Part shown: in pieces, positions 1 to 10,124 of the stretch
Layout of the letters: each line of letters starts with the position of its first letter
How positions within the stretch are numbered: position 1 is the first letter of the stretch
Position numbers and translations under genes: made by a program
Assembly (NCBI RefSeq): GCF_006345805.1
Contig: NW_021832799.1
Span: 1 to 33,208 of the forward strand
Direction: 5' to 3'
DNA: 33,208 nt
DNA from: Octopus sinensis
Lineage: Eukaryota
Notes under the pieces: model-generated
Databases searched by the model: none
The model's input: only the letters and a program-made list of their open reading frames with translations
What the model was told of the DNA's origin: nothing

Positions 1-1201
1 TTAAGTGTAACGTCTAGGAAATTAGCCTTGGTGAGTTCATTATCAAAAACTATACTTATGCCCATTCTATTAAAAACCTAGCTAACCTGCTCTTAGTTTT
101 CTGCACTATTCTATTCGTGTGTTTTGCAGGTAAAACAGACAATCGTCACGATACAGGCCGCCCGCGATCTCCGGGAATTGGTCGGACAATTCGTAGAGAA
201 TATATATTCCGACCAAATCGGCTATCTGCGCACTATCCGAACTACCCATAGGCACATCAAATTCATTGGGAGTATCTTTACGGATCCACAACTTATCAAA
301 CTTAATAAACGATTTCCTGGCAACTAAAATGATATCTATCTCTCTCTGGTGAGGCCAGCCTTGTTGTGAGCATGCCAGAGGGCCTTATTTAGCACACTAG
401 GGTTATCGAGGAGTAGAACTGGCGATATCAAACTGAATGAACCTAGTACGGTTCTATTGGGGATGGAAGAGAACCACTTCACTACCTGCGAGGAGTTGGC
501 CCAGAGGCTGAGCTTCAGCTTGTTTACTAAACTAGGGATATATTTATCTAAAATGTACTTACTGATTATCCCGATATCAGATCTAGCAGGGCATATGAGT
601 CTTAGCGCTGGGTTGGTGTGGAAGTTCGGTTTATGGTCCTTCACTATAAATCTGGGTTGCTTAGGGCTAAGCGGCTGAGTTCTCATTTGAATTCGGTGTT
701 TAAATATTATTTCCTTAATTTCCAAGTTTACCTTCCTCAGGGTACTCCAATTCGTTTTCTATAATTTTTTCTTGATCTCTTTACCGAGTAAATCTAGGTA
801 CTGCTTAATGGGCATCTTGTATGTGTTCCTGGTCTGTCGGACTGGACCAGGATTCCGTCCGTTCTATTAATGTCCTTGGTAATTTTATCTAGGTATCTGA
901 GGTGGGCATTTCTCCTGGGTGACTTCCTGAACTTAATCTTTCTAACTATGTCCCACAAGTCGTCCTCAAACTTCTTCAGTCTTGGGTTAGGTGGCGGCGT
1001 ATCCAATGTTTTAAAAAGCCGGCCGTATTCGGACGATGCTGTTGTCCGGTTCGATTTTAGATCTTCGTTCTCGTGGAAGAAAATGAGCCATCTTATCCTG
1101 TTTATGAATGCGTTGGTTTTACAAACCAACTCCTTAAGGAAGGCATCCTTCGGTGGTATAGGAATATGCTTAAGGGACGCATCAATCTCGAACAATTCCA
1201 T
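1..1201 (-). pseudogene. PLE reverse transcriptase ORF, frameshifted as assembled and 3'-incomplete
   Basis: ORFs 794-1201, 336-725 and 106-291 join into one RT after single-base frame corrections. The catalytic YRDD motif is intact. Confidence 0.85.
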
Positions 1202-1500
1202 TATTGGTATCGGTTAAAGTAGCAGTTTCTTGACGAAGCGGTATGTATTATGTGAAATAGAAAGATGAATAATCTTGTAGTAGATTAATCAAAAGTTTAA
1301 CCGATACCTTAGGAGCAAAAATCACAGCAGTAAACAGCACGGTTGGAGGTACAACCATATGGTGTTTCAACCGTGCGTTGGTGCGGATAATTGAAATTAA
1401 AACATTATTGGTGAATTGAAGAAATGGAGCTGAACGCAGATTGAACAGAAATCGTTTTATTTCATTCTACACGTGTTTCTAAAGGCACAAATTACCACCA
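1..1500 (-). mobile_element. Penelope-like retroelement (PLE), 5' region and RT, running off the left edge of the window
   Basis: Successive minus-strand ORFs carry PLE RT motifs in order: SLKHIPIP..LKELV.KT..FINRIRW, KDHK.NF...RLI.P..SDIG.ISK.ILD, FDVPMG..D.A.IADLVG.YIL, GLYRDD (142-153) and NFLDVTL. The upstream region ends at a (TA)n tract near 1502. Confidence 0.9.
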
Positions 1501-1513
1501 ATAATATATATAT

Positions 1514-1544
<31 letters not shown>

Positions 1545-1606
1545 ACTTAATAATTACTGTGAAGCATTGTGTAGAATATATTGTATAAAAGATCGTGGGT
1601 AAGGCC

Positions 1607-1782
1607 AAAACAGTGCGAAGTAAATGCAACGTAAATCACAAGAAAACAAATGTGAATTGATGTAGACGTCAGTTTCTTGGGGATGGAGTCATAACCCCGA
1701 AATATAGAATACAAGGTAAGTCTGCATAAATTCACATATTTGTTTTCTTGTGATTTACCTTGCATTTACTTCGCATTGTTTT
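1607..1782. repeat. About 62-bp imperfect inverted repeat with a 52-nt spacer
   Basis: Arm 1607-1667 (aaaacagtgcgaagtaaatgcaacgtaaatcacaagaaaacaaatgtgaattgatgtagac) is the reverse complement of 1720-1782, with 4 substitutions and a 2-nt indel. Confidence 0.9.
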
Positions 1783-2019
1783 CAGCTCAGAGCTGCGGCC
1801 ATGCTGGTGCACCGCCGTTTTGCTACGCTGTTATTACTAAGAACATCCTCTAATATGTGGCACTTGGAGAAGAATGTAGTTTGATATAGCTACCCTCATT
1901 TGCATCTCTTGCCGTGTTGTAGGTTCATCTGGGAGTCTCGACAGGAAGAGGTCCAACTTTGATTTAAAAAACCCTACATCTAATTTGTGCAGCTCCTCAG
2001 ACTCTTTGGGAGAATATTA
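1783..2019 (-). mobile_element. 3' end of a CR1/L2-type LINE (ORF2 C-terminus plus 3' tail)
   Basis: With one frame correction the minus strand reads NILPKSLR.LHKLDVGFFKSKLDLFLSRLPDEP, matching the FN.LP..LR...FK.KLD.FL...PDEP C-terminal motif of CR1/L2 ORF2. A short tail follows. Confidence 0.7.
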
Positions 2020-2029
2020 AATATATATA

Positions 2030-2197
2030 GAGAGAGAGAGCGAATTCACAAAAAGACATAAGACAAAAACAGGTGATTTAGACAGCAAACAGATGTATTA
2101 GCATAACGCTCGGAAAGTGAAACAGCCTTTAACGTTTCGAGCCTACGCTCTTCCGCAGAAGGAACACAGAAAGAAACAAGGAGAGGAATTAAGAATG

Positions 2198-2200
<3 letters not shown>
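2030..2200 (-). mobile_element. Short PLE 3'-end remnant carrying a hammerhead-like motif (2126-2162)
   Basis: The minus strand reads cctt-CTGCGGAA-GAGcgtaggCTC-GAAACGTT-aaagg. It is nearly identical to 31262-31432 and to the end of the element at 8306-8480, and has TA/GA microsatellite on both sides. Confidence 0.65.
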
Positions 2201-2247
<47 letters not shown>

Positions 2248-2647
2248 TATATATAAAGGGAGACAGGGAGTGAGATACGCACATACAGAATTGCATGTAC
2301 GCATGCAGAAACAAACGCACACGTGCAGGAACAAATATTTACATACATGAATATCTGCGTGCAAAGATACATGCGCACGTTATATATATAGAATTGCATG
2401 CGTACATGCTAATCTATAGGTGCGCATCTCTCTCCCTGTCTCCGTTTACACACACACACAAACACATATATATATATATGTATATATATATGCATATATA
2501 TATAGGTATGTATGTATATATATGCATATAACAAGTATTTTCAAGTGAAAAAATTTTCAGATTTTTTCTCTTATGAGGTTTTTCACGCTAACTACCTGAT
2601 AATTTCTTGTTAAGATTTCTTATTAAGATTTTATCCTTAATTGTTAA

Positions 2648-2678
<31 letters not shown>

Positions 2679-2682
<4 letters not shown>

Positions 2683-2935
2683 ATCCAAACAAGAAAACAC
2701 AACAACGCGAGAACGTGGAACAAATAAAGTATTATTGGACGCTCAGGAAAGAAGGGAAGAATGAGGGCTTAACGTTTCGAGCGGAGCTCTTCGTCGGAAA
2801 CATAGGAGAAGGAAAGATCCCGAGAAGGGACGACAGAGGAAAAAAATCGCCAGTGGTACTCACGAGGTCACATATTGAAAGACCGGAAGTAGAAAGGTGG
2901 AAGAATAATGTTTTTTAAAGACAGGAGAGTTTTCA
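2679..2935 (-). mobile_element. PLE 3'-end remnant of a related subfamily with a hammerhead-like motif (2768-2800)
   Basis: The minus strand reads CCGACGAA-GAGctccgCTC-GAAACGTT-aag, followed by ttcctgagcg..aata as in the other copies. It ends at (TA)n. Confidence 0.55.
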
Positions 2936-2951
2936 AAGACAGTTTGGTAAA

Positions 2952-3317
2952 TTCTTTTATTCTTTTACTTCGTTTGACTGCGACCATGCTGGCACACCAA
3001 CTTTAGTCGAACTTTGTAAGTCTACTCTATCGGTCTCTTCTGCCGAACTGCTACATTACGGGGACGTCGGTTGTCAGACCGACGTCCCCGTAATGTTTGG
3101 GGGGACAAACACAGACATACATTCATATATATACATATATACATATATATATAATATATAATATAATATATATATATATACGACGGGATTTTTTCAGTTT
3201 CCGTCTACAAAATCTACTCACAAGGCTTTGGTTGGCCCAAGGTACCTCGCGGTTGGACTGAAACCAGAACTATGTGGTTAGAAAGCAAGCTTCTCACCGC
3301 ACAGCCACTCCTGCGCC
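2952..3317 (-). mobile_element. tRNA-derived SINE, family B, internally deleted and rearranged
   Basis: Head ggcgcaggagtggctgtgcgg (A-box-like), an internal (TA)n and the tail cagcatggtcgcagtcaaacg. Homologous to 14601-15046 and 18925-19310. Confidence 0.85.
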
Positions 3318-3350
<33 letters not shown>

Positions 3351-3727
3351 TATATACATACACACCCACACGCTATCATGAATATACGAACACAACCATA
3401 TATATGTGTCTGTATGCATACTTGCACGTGTGCGTGTGTTATGCATACGGGTATTTTTACTTCGTGTCGGCCTTTCATTTCTTATTTGATTTCTTTCGCT
3501 AAATCTCTTTTTTCTTTTAATTAAATTGAAATTTAAGTTTGTTTATATGTATTTCTTATTTTTTCTAAATTGTGTATACATGCATATGTACATGTACATA
3601 TTTGGGTTTGCTTAATATATATATATATATATATACTTGGTGTAAACATATGCACACATGTTTATGTAAATAAAATAACTCTAATTCATTTACCTATATA
3701 CGCTTTTTATGTTCGTGCTACTTACAT

Positions 3728-3728
3728 G

Positions 3729-3779
<51 letters not shown>

Positions 3780-3865
3780 TATAGATGTATGATATATATA
3801 TATATATATCTTTATATATATATATATATATATCTTTATATATATCTTTATATATATATATATAT

Positions 3866-3914
<49 letters not shown>

Positions 3915-3952
3915 TATATATATATATATACATATATATATTATATATATAT

Positions 3953-3997
<45 letters not shown>

Positions 3998-4021
3998 TAT
4001 ATATATATATATTATTATATA

Positions 4022-4088
<67 letters not shown>
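3728..4088. repeat. Long imperfect (TA)n microsatellite
   Basis: Read directly from the sequence; it produces the YIYI ORFs. Confidence 0.95.
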
Positions 4089-4091
<3 letters not shown>

Positions 4092-4935
4092 TCCTTACTG
4101 CTTAAAATTTTTTTTAATGCGAGTTTCATGAAAGTTTCAAGTAATGTTGTATACCTCACTGTTAGAACCTGCATACGTATGTCAGTATAGGTGTATATAT
4201 CTAAATCCTCATATTCACCTGAGTGTCTGCGTTTGTGTGTCTATCTGTGATTTAAAGAACATGTTATTTTATATGCGAAAGAGCAAGCTCTAAATTGCGA
4301 AATAAGAATAGAAAAAAAATTTTAATGCATAAAAATAAAGCAGTGAGTGAGAAACCTGAGTCAATGGCATGTTTTAACGGAACCACATGTGCAGGTTCAT
4401 ACACACACGTACACACAGAGGCACACACAGAAAAACAGAACGGTAAAAGCACACATCTGCATCTTAGAATGTTCTTTTTTTAACGTACAGACATGTAATG
4501 CTGTAGTGATTTACGTACTGAAGTAAGAAGAACGGCGACGTCAGAAACAAACAACAAAATTAGTGGGAAGACACTTCAGCTGTGCTTCCTTCGCTGCGTA
4601 GTCAGATGTATTAAGATATGTTGACTAACGAGTTTAAGAGAAACGAAAAGAAACAAGGAAAGCGGAAGAGAAATAGAAAGGATAGAATAAAAGCAAAGAA
4701 GAGGAAATGGAAGAAGGTCGACAACGATAGGAAATAGCTCTGTGGCCTGATAGAATAAAGGGAATGAAAGAAATTAATTCTAAAAGAACAGGCGCACAAC
4801 TAGTTACTAACTCTTATATGAGACTATGTATATACATACGCTCATATTTTTTCGCATTGGCTCTCTACGAGCACTCCGTAAATAGCCCATACTTTCTATA
4901 ACATATTTTATATATATATATATATATATTTATAT

Positions 4936-5011
<76 letters not shown>

Positions 5012-5499
5012 ATCTGGTTATTTATGCTTCAATACATGTATGTATGTGCATACATTCATACATACACGTGTGCATACACGTACTCAGATAAAGCACATAA
5101 AATATATAATAAATTCATATGTATATAAATATTCATACATACGCACATACATGCCTATATACGTACACACACACACATATATATATGTATATATATATAT
5201 ACGCTCGTCATATGTGCATACATAAAAACATACGGACATGCATACATGCATAAATACATCCATTAGTAGAAACATTTATGCTTGCATACAACATGCTTAA
5301 ATATATACATACACACCATAGACATGCATACATATATAAATACCTACGTACTTACATACATACATGATACATGAATACATACATATATATACATACTACT
5401 CTCAAATATAACAAAGGAATGTGAGTTTTTAAATAAGGAAAAATCAATAACTCTCAAAAGAAACCATGCAATTATAGGCGTAAATATAAATAACTACAT

Positions 5500-5622
5500 C
5501 GTGAAGACGACGGCAACCACGACAACGTCAGCGATGACAACGACGTCGACGACGACGATGATGGTGGTGACGACGAGGACAACAACGGTGATGACGATGA
5601 TGACAGCGACGTCAACGACGAT
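5500..5622. repeat. (ACG/ATG)n cryptic trinucleotide repeat
   Basis: Read directly from the sequence. Confidence 0.85.
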
Positions 5623-5888
5623 CAGAATAATCCTTTCTACTATAGGCACAAGGCCTGAAACGTTGATAGTCGATTACGCCGACTGCAGTGTTTCAACGGT
5701 GTTTGGTCGCTTGTATAATGAACCAGAATTTGATGATTACTTATTCTATTAACCATGAATCGACCAAAAAAGAAATTTTTTCTTGACTGCATTTGATCTG
5801 TAATCTCATGTTCTATGAATTCTGCTATTTACTGCATAACTCGTGTCAGTTGTTATATTTTCAAATAGTAATGATAATGCTATGATGA

Positions 5889-6110
5889 CGGCGGGCTGGC
5901 AGAATCGTTAGAACGCCGGGGAGAATGCTTGGCGGCATTTCTCCCGACTTTTAGTTGTGTGTTTAAACTCTGCCGTGGTCGACTTTGTTTTTCATCTTTT
6001 AGGGATCGATTAAAAGAAAGTATCAGTTGAATACTGGGGTCGATGTAATTGACTTATCTCTCTCCTAAAAATTGCTAGCCTTGTACCAAAATTTGAAACC
6101 AATAATAATT
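5889..6110 (+). mobile_element. tRNA-derived SINE, family A, diverged
   Basis: ggcgggctggcagaatcgttag head, gtcgactttg..tcatc..ggg.tcgat core and ccttgtaccaaaatttgaaacc tail. Homologous to 13001-13375. Confidence 0.8.
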
Positions 6111-6182
6111 CTATAGAATATCAACGAAAATAATTTCTAAGCTACTTAATAACAGGAATGTATCCTCAACTAAAATGAACAC

Positions 6183-6330
6183 GATACTTGACTGGTAATT
6201 TGATTCATAATTCTCGGAGTAATGAAAGAAGTTGACCTCGGTAAGATTTGAACTCAGACCCTAGAAATATGGAACTAAACACCTTGAAGTATTTTGCTCG
6301 ACTATGCAACGACTCTGCCACAATCCTAGC
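6183..6330 (-). mobile_element. SINE family A fragment, diverged
   Basis: The plus strand shows ttgacctcggtaagatttgaactcag and caacgactctgcca, the reverse complement of the family A head and B-box region. Confidence 0.65.
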
Positions 6331-7271
6331 AAGTACTTCAGACTTACAAGAATTTTCCACAATGCAACCAATTTCACCATAGGATTCAAACTGTAGAAAA
6401 CTGCCTGCACTTCCGAACCAAAAGACAGCAAAGACACCTCTTCTCTATGAATTCCGCTAATGGACAAATCAGTCGAACGCGGGACAGAATTTATGCAACA
6501 TAACTCTACAAGTCAGCAACGTTCAAATACTGAACAAGTGAATGCAGAAGTATTTCGTGACTCTGCGCCTATATCGGAGCCCTGATGGATAGCGCTATCA
6601 AGCCTGTAGGGTTAATCCCGAATGGGTAAATTTCCTGATAGTACAATGATGGTTGTGATTTCTGGAAGCTCTCCTTTGTCCTCGCGTTGAAATTTTTTCG
6701 TGATGTTTTCTTACTTGGTCAATTTGGGTGCCAAAGTTTCCGAGAGGACGTCATCGTCCTCCCCTTCCCTTAATGTTATGTACAAGCCAAATTGCACGAC
6801 TGGTAGATTACTATTATACTCTGATATATTCCGGCTACTCTCGTCATCTAGATTGCTGTAGTCACAGCGTTGCGGTCGGTGTACTCAACGGCTTTCATCA
6901 GGTACAGCGTAAATATTCTCAGAATTTCGAAGCAGAGCCTTTATTACACTTCAGAGGGTGAGGTAGTATGTTCGTATTCCACTGATCATACCAGTGATAA
7001 TCTCCAGTTAGTTACTTTCCTTATTTCTGATTTTTTGCTTTCTTGATCCGCTTCAACTGGAGTTCCGCTTGAGCGTAAGTTTTCTCACTAAGTCAGTTAA
7101 TGTAGGGTCTGGTTCATGTAGGATGAAGGAGCAATTTCACAAATAATGTAAATGGCATGCACTTCAAGTTGGCCGGAGGGTATAACAGCCGAAACATTGG
7201 GGTTATGATGAGTCAACCAAATATACCATTGTATGATAATTCCTCATCTCTGAAATCAAGACAAAGTAATG

Positions 7272-7625
7272 CATATAGGCATGGCTGTGTGGTAAGAAGC
7301 TTGCTTCCCCACCACATGGTCCCGGGTTCAGTTCCACTGGATGGCACCTTGGGCAAATGTTTTCTGTTATAGCCTCGAGCCTATTAAAGCGTTATGAGAG
7401 GATTTTCTAGAGGTAAAGTACAAGAAGCCCTTCGAATATGAGTTCGCGCGCGCGCATTTATCCACTACCACCGCTTGGCAATAGGTGCTCTTTGTTTACG
7501 TCCCGTAACTTGGCTATTCGGCAAACATGACCCAATAAATACTGGAGTAAATACATTTGATGAAAATTCTTCAAGGCGGTGCTCCAGCATGGCCGCAGTC
7601 TAATGACTGAAACAAATTAAAGATA
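7272..7625 (+). mobile_element. tRNA-derived SINE, family B
   Basis: A-box-like tggctgtgtggtaag, B-box-like gggttcagttcc, the core ccttgggcaaatgt and the tail aaggcggtgctccagcatggccgcagtc..tgactgaaac. Confidence 0.85.
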
Positions 7626-7927
7626 ATAGATATATACATACATAATACATGAATACATGTGTGCGTATGCGTATTTTGACACATACGCATAGTCGGATTA
7701 ACACTGATTTCATATACGTTAAACAAATATGCATTTATATTACAGAAAAACAGCTCAGCAAAATGACAACGAGACTGTCTCTGATTCAATGACAAAGGTC
7801 AATGACCTGAAGCTCCAGATCCGTCATTTTTTCACGGTTATACAACTTATTGAATGAAATTTATATCAACTGACAAAATCAAACCACTGATTGGCTGACA
7901 CAGAAACACACTACTTCCTGTTCTTCA

Positions 7928-7963
<36 letters not shown>

Positions 7964-7970
7964 GCACACA

Positions 7971-8001
<31 letters not shown>

Positions 8002-8151
8002 CATACAACCATAGTTAATATATTTTTAATATGTGTGTATTTGTGTGAGTGTATGTATATAGGTATGTATAGATAACTATATATATATAACGGCAACGAG
8101 AAACTCAGAGTAACAGATTTTGTTGAATTTTCTGCTGCTTTAAATAAAGTG

Positions 8152-8185
<34 letters not shown>

Positions 8186-8401
8186 CACGTTTATCATTTC
8201 GTTTTCCAAGATCCCTGATATTTACATGTATGTATATGTGCACATATATGTGTATGAATATGTGTGTGTGTGTATATATGTACACACATATATATATATA
8301 TATATAACGGGAAGCTTTATGAAAATAACAAAAGACGAAGGCAGGTGGAAAACAAACGAACAATTGTATTAGTATGGCGCTCAGGAAATATAAATAAACA
8401 A

Positions 8402-8441
8402 GTCTTTAACGTTTCGAGCCTACGCTCTTCAACAGAAAGAT
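8402..8441 (-). ncRNA. Minimal hammerhead-ribozyme-like motif with a variant core
   Basis: Stem I tcttt/aaaga, core CTGTTGAA (canonical is CTGANGA), stem II GAG-cgtagg-CTC, then GAAA and a palindromic AACGTT stem III. PLE termini are known to encode such motifs. Activity is untested. Confidence 0.55.
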
Positions 8442-8599
8442 ACACAGAGAGAGAAACACAGAAAGAAGGAGAGAAAAAAATGCGTGCAGTAGTCTAACGA
8501 ATCAACATGGCGATCTGATTTCGGCCAGAGGTCAAAGATCAAACATGAGACGCGAAGAGCGAAATAAGGGGAGATAATAGGTTGAGGGACCAGCTAAAA

Positions 8600-8935
8600 T
8601 GCGTGGGAGGGGTCTGGATGTGTATGTATAGGTTGGTGTATGTATTAGTTATGTATATATGGTGTGTGTGTGTGGTTGTGTGTGTGTATAAGAGTATTAG
8701 TGCGTGGGATTGGTCTGGACGTGCGTATGTATGGGGTTGGTGTATGTATTAGTATGTATTAGTATGTATTAGTACGTATTGTATGTATAGGTGTGTGTGT
8801 GTGTGTGTGAGAGAGTATAAGTGCGTATGCGGGGTCTGGACGTGTGTATGTTATAGGGTTGGTGTAAGTATTAGTATGTACTAGTATGTATTAGTCGTAT
8901 TAGTATGTATTAGTTGGTGTGTGTATTAGTATGGC
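8600..8935. repeat. Three degenerate 100-120 bp tandem units inside the PLE 3' region
   Basis: Units begin tgcgt..g..gggtctgga.gtg near 8600, 8701 and 8822, each with gtattagtat and (GT)n. Confidence 0.8.
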
Positions 8936-8974
8936 ACACATATTTGATGTGATGTGTAAAGTCATTTGGTGTAG

Positions 8975-9272
8975 TGAGGAGAAGAGGGGGAGGGGAGAAG
9001 AGGGGGAGGGGTAGAAGAGGGGGGAGAAGGGGAGGGGAAGAAGAGGGGGGGAGGAGGGTGAAGAGGTGAGGATGGGGAGAAGGAAGGGGAGGAGAGGGAT
9101 AAGGAGGAAAGAGGGAGAGGGGGAGAGAGAAGGGGAGAGAGGGAGTGAGGGAGCAGAGGGAAGGGGAAGAGGGAGGGAGAAAGAGAAGGAAGGGAAGGGG
9201 GTAGGGGTGAAAGGATGAAGGACTGAAAAGTGGGGTCGGGGGAGAAAGGATAGGTGAGGAGGGGAAGGGGGG
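8975..9272. repeat. About 300-bp G/A-rich polypurine tract
   Basis: Almost purely G and A, with many GGG and GGGG runs. Confidence 0.9.
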
Positions 9273-9714
9273 TTAGATGAGGAGGGGGAGAGTTGAGACC
9301 AAATGGCTTATAAGCGCGAAGAGAGAAGATAATTCCTGTTCACGGCGCAAACGGGAATCCGGATGGCCTCTGTGTAAGGACAACCGAACACAGATAGGTG
9401 TTGCAAGGAGTGACCGGTGGAGCGGAATGGCGTGAGACCGGTGTGTCGTTCGCAAGGTGGATGTCACGAAGGTGTTCCGCGAACCGTCAGCCAATCGGCG
9501 TCCCGTTTTCCCGATGTACAAGGAATTGCAGAGAGAGCAAGAGGGCAATAGATAATATTGCTGGAGGTGCAGGTGAAGGAGTGGATATGGGATAGGTCTA
9601 TGGTGGGTGCTAGTGAGGCGGGTGGTGTTGGAGAGGTAAGGGCAAGTGCGGCAACGTGGGCGGAAGCAGGGAACGAGCCGGGTTGGGAGGTAGGGTCAGG
9701 GAAGGAGCTATGGA

Positions 9715-9718
<4 letters not shown>
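9273..9718 (-). pseudogene. PLE GIY-YIG endonuclease remnant with a Cys-rich linker
   Basis: Frame-joined reading: PGSFP..RPRCRTCP ... HSFTCTSSNIIYC.SCSLCNSLYIGKTGRRLADRFAEHLRDI ... HS..HLSVFGL ... R.RREQELIFSLR...PFGLN. Confidence 0.85.
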
Positions 9719-9752
<34 letters not shown>

Positions 9753-9819
9753 TATATATATATTAATATATATATACATGCATAGACATCTACCTAAAGA
9801 CATGTGCTGTGTGTGTGTA

Positions 9820-9858
<39 letters not shown>

Positions 9859-10124
9859 TGTGTGCGGCCCAGATATGCGGGGGCTGCCTATCTTTCTATT
9901 ATAGCAAACAAATACATTTCCATTAGTATTTTCCGTTTCAGTTCCTCACGCACAGTGGCATCATTTTCCTCCCAGCACAACAGTAACAGGAGACTGGTTT
10001 TGATCTCAAAGTACCGAAAAAAGGTTGCGGACCAGTACCGTATTTATCGACCCCGAAAGGATGAACAGTAAAGTTGCAATCAGAACGCAAACTCGAAAGA
10101 AATATGGGATAAGCATATTATCCA

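Larger units (their letters stand above)
8306..9718 (-). mobile_element. 5'-truncated Penelope-like element (Neptune-type), from GIY-YIG endonuclease to the 3' end, bounded by (TA)n on both sides
   Basis: GIY-YIG remnant at 9273-9718, then a pyrimidine tract, tandem repeats, a hammerhead-like motif and about 96 nt to (TA)n at 8305. The 5' break abuts (TA)n at 9718. Confidence 0.85.

Noticed and set aside
1-1201. Programmed frameshifting or selenocysteine recoding in the PLE ORF
   Set aside because: The breaks are many scattered single-base losses with no in-frame TGA or slippery heptamer pattern. Error or decay is simpler.
6480-7150. RTE-type LINE RT remnant or host exon
   Set aside because: The frames I translated gave no coherent RT motifs or recognisable peptide.
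8527-8539. DR1-like nuclear receptor site (aggtca-a-agatca)
   Set aside because: It is imperfect and lies inside a transposon 3' region, so it is expected by chance.
8600-8935. CRISPR-like repeat-spacer array
   Set aside because: The units are degenerate with microsatellite interiors, there are no unique spacers or cas genes, and the context is eukaryotic.
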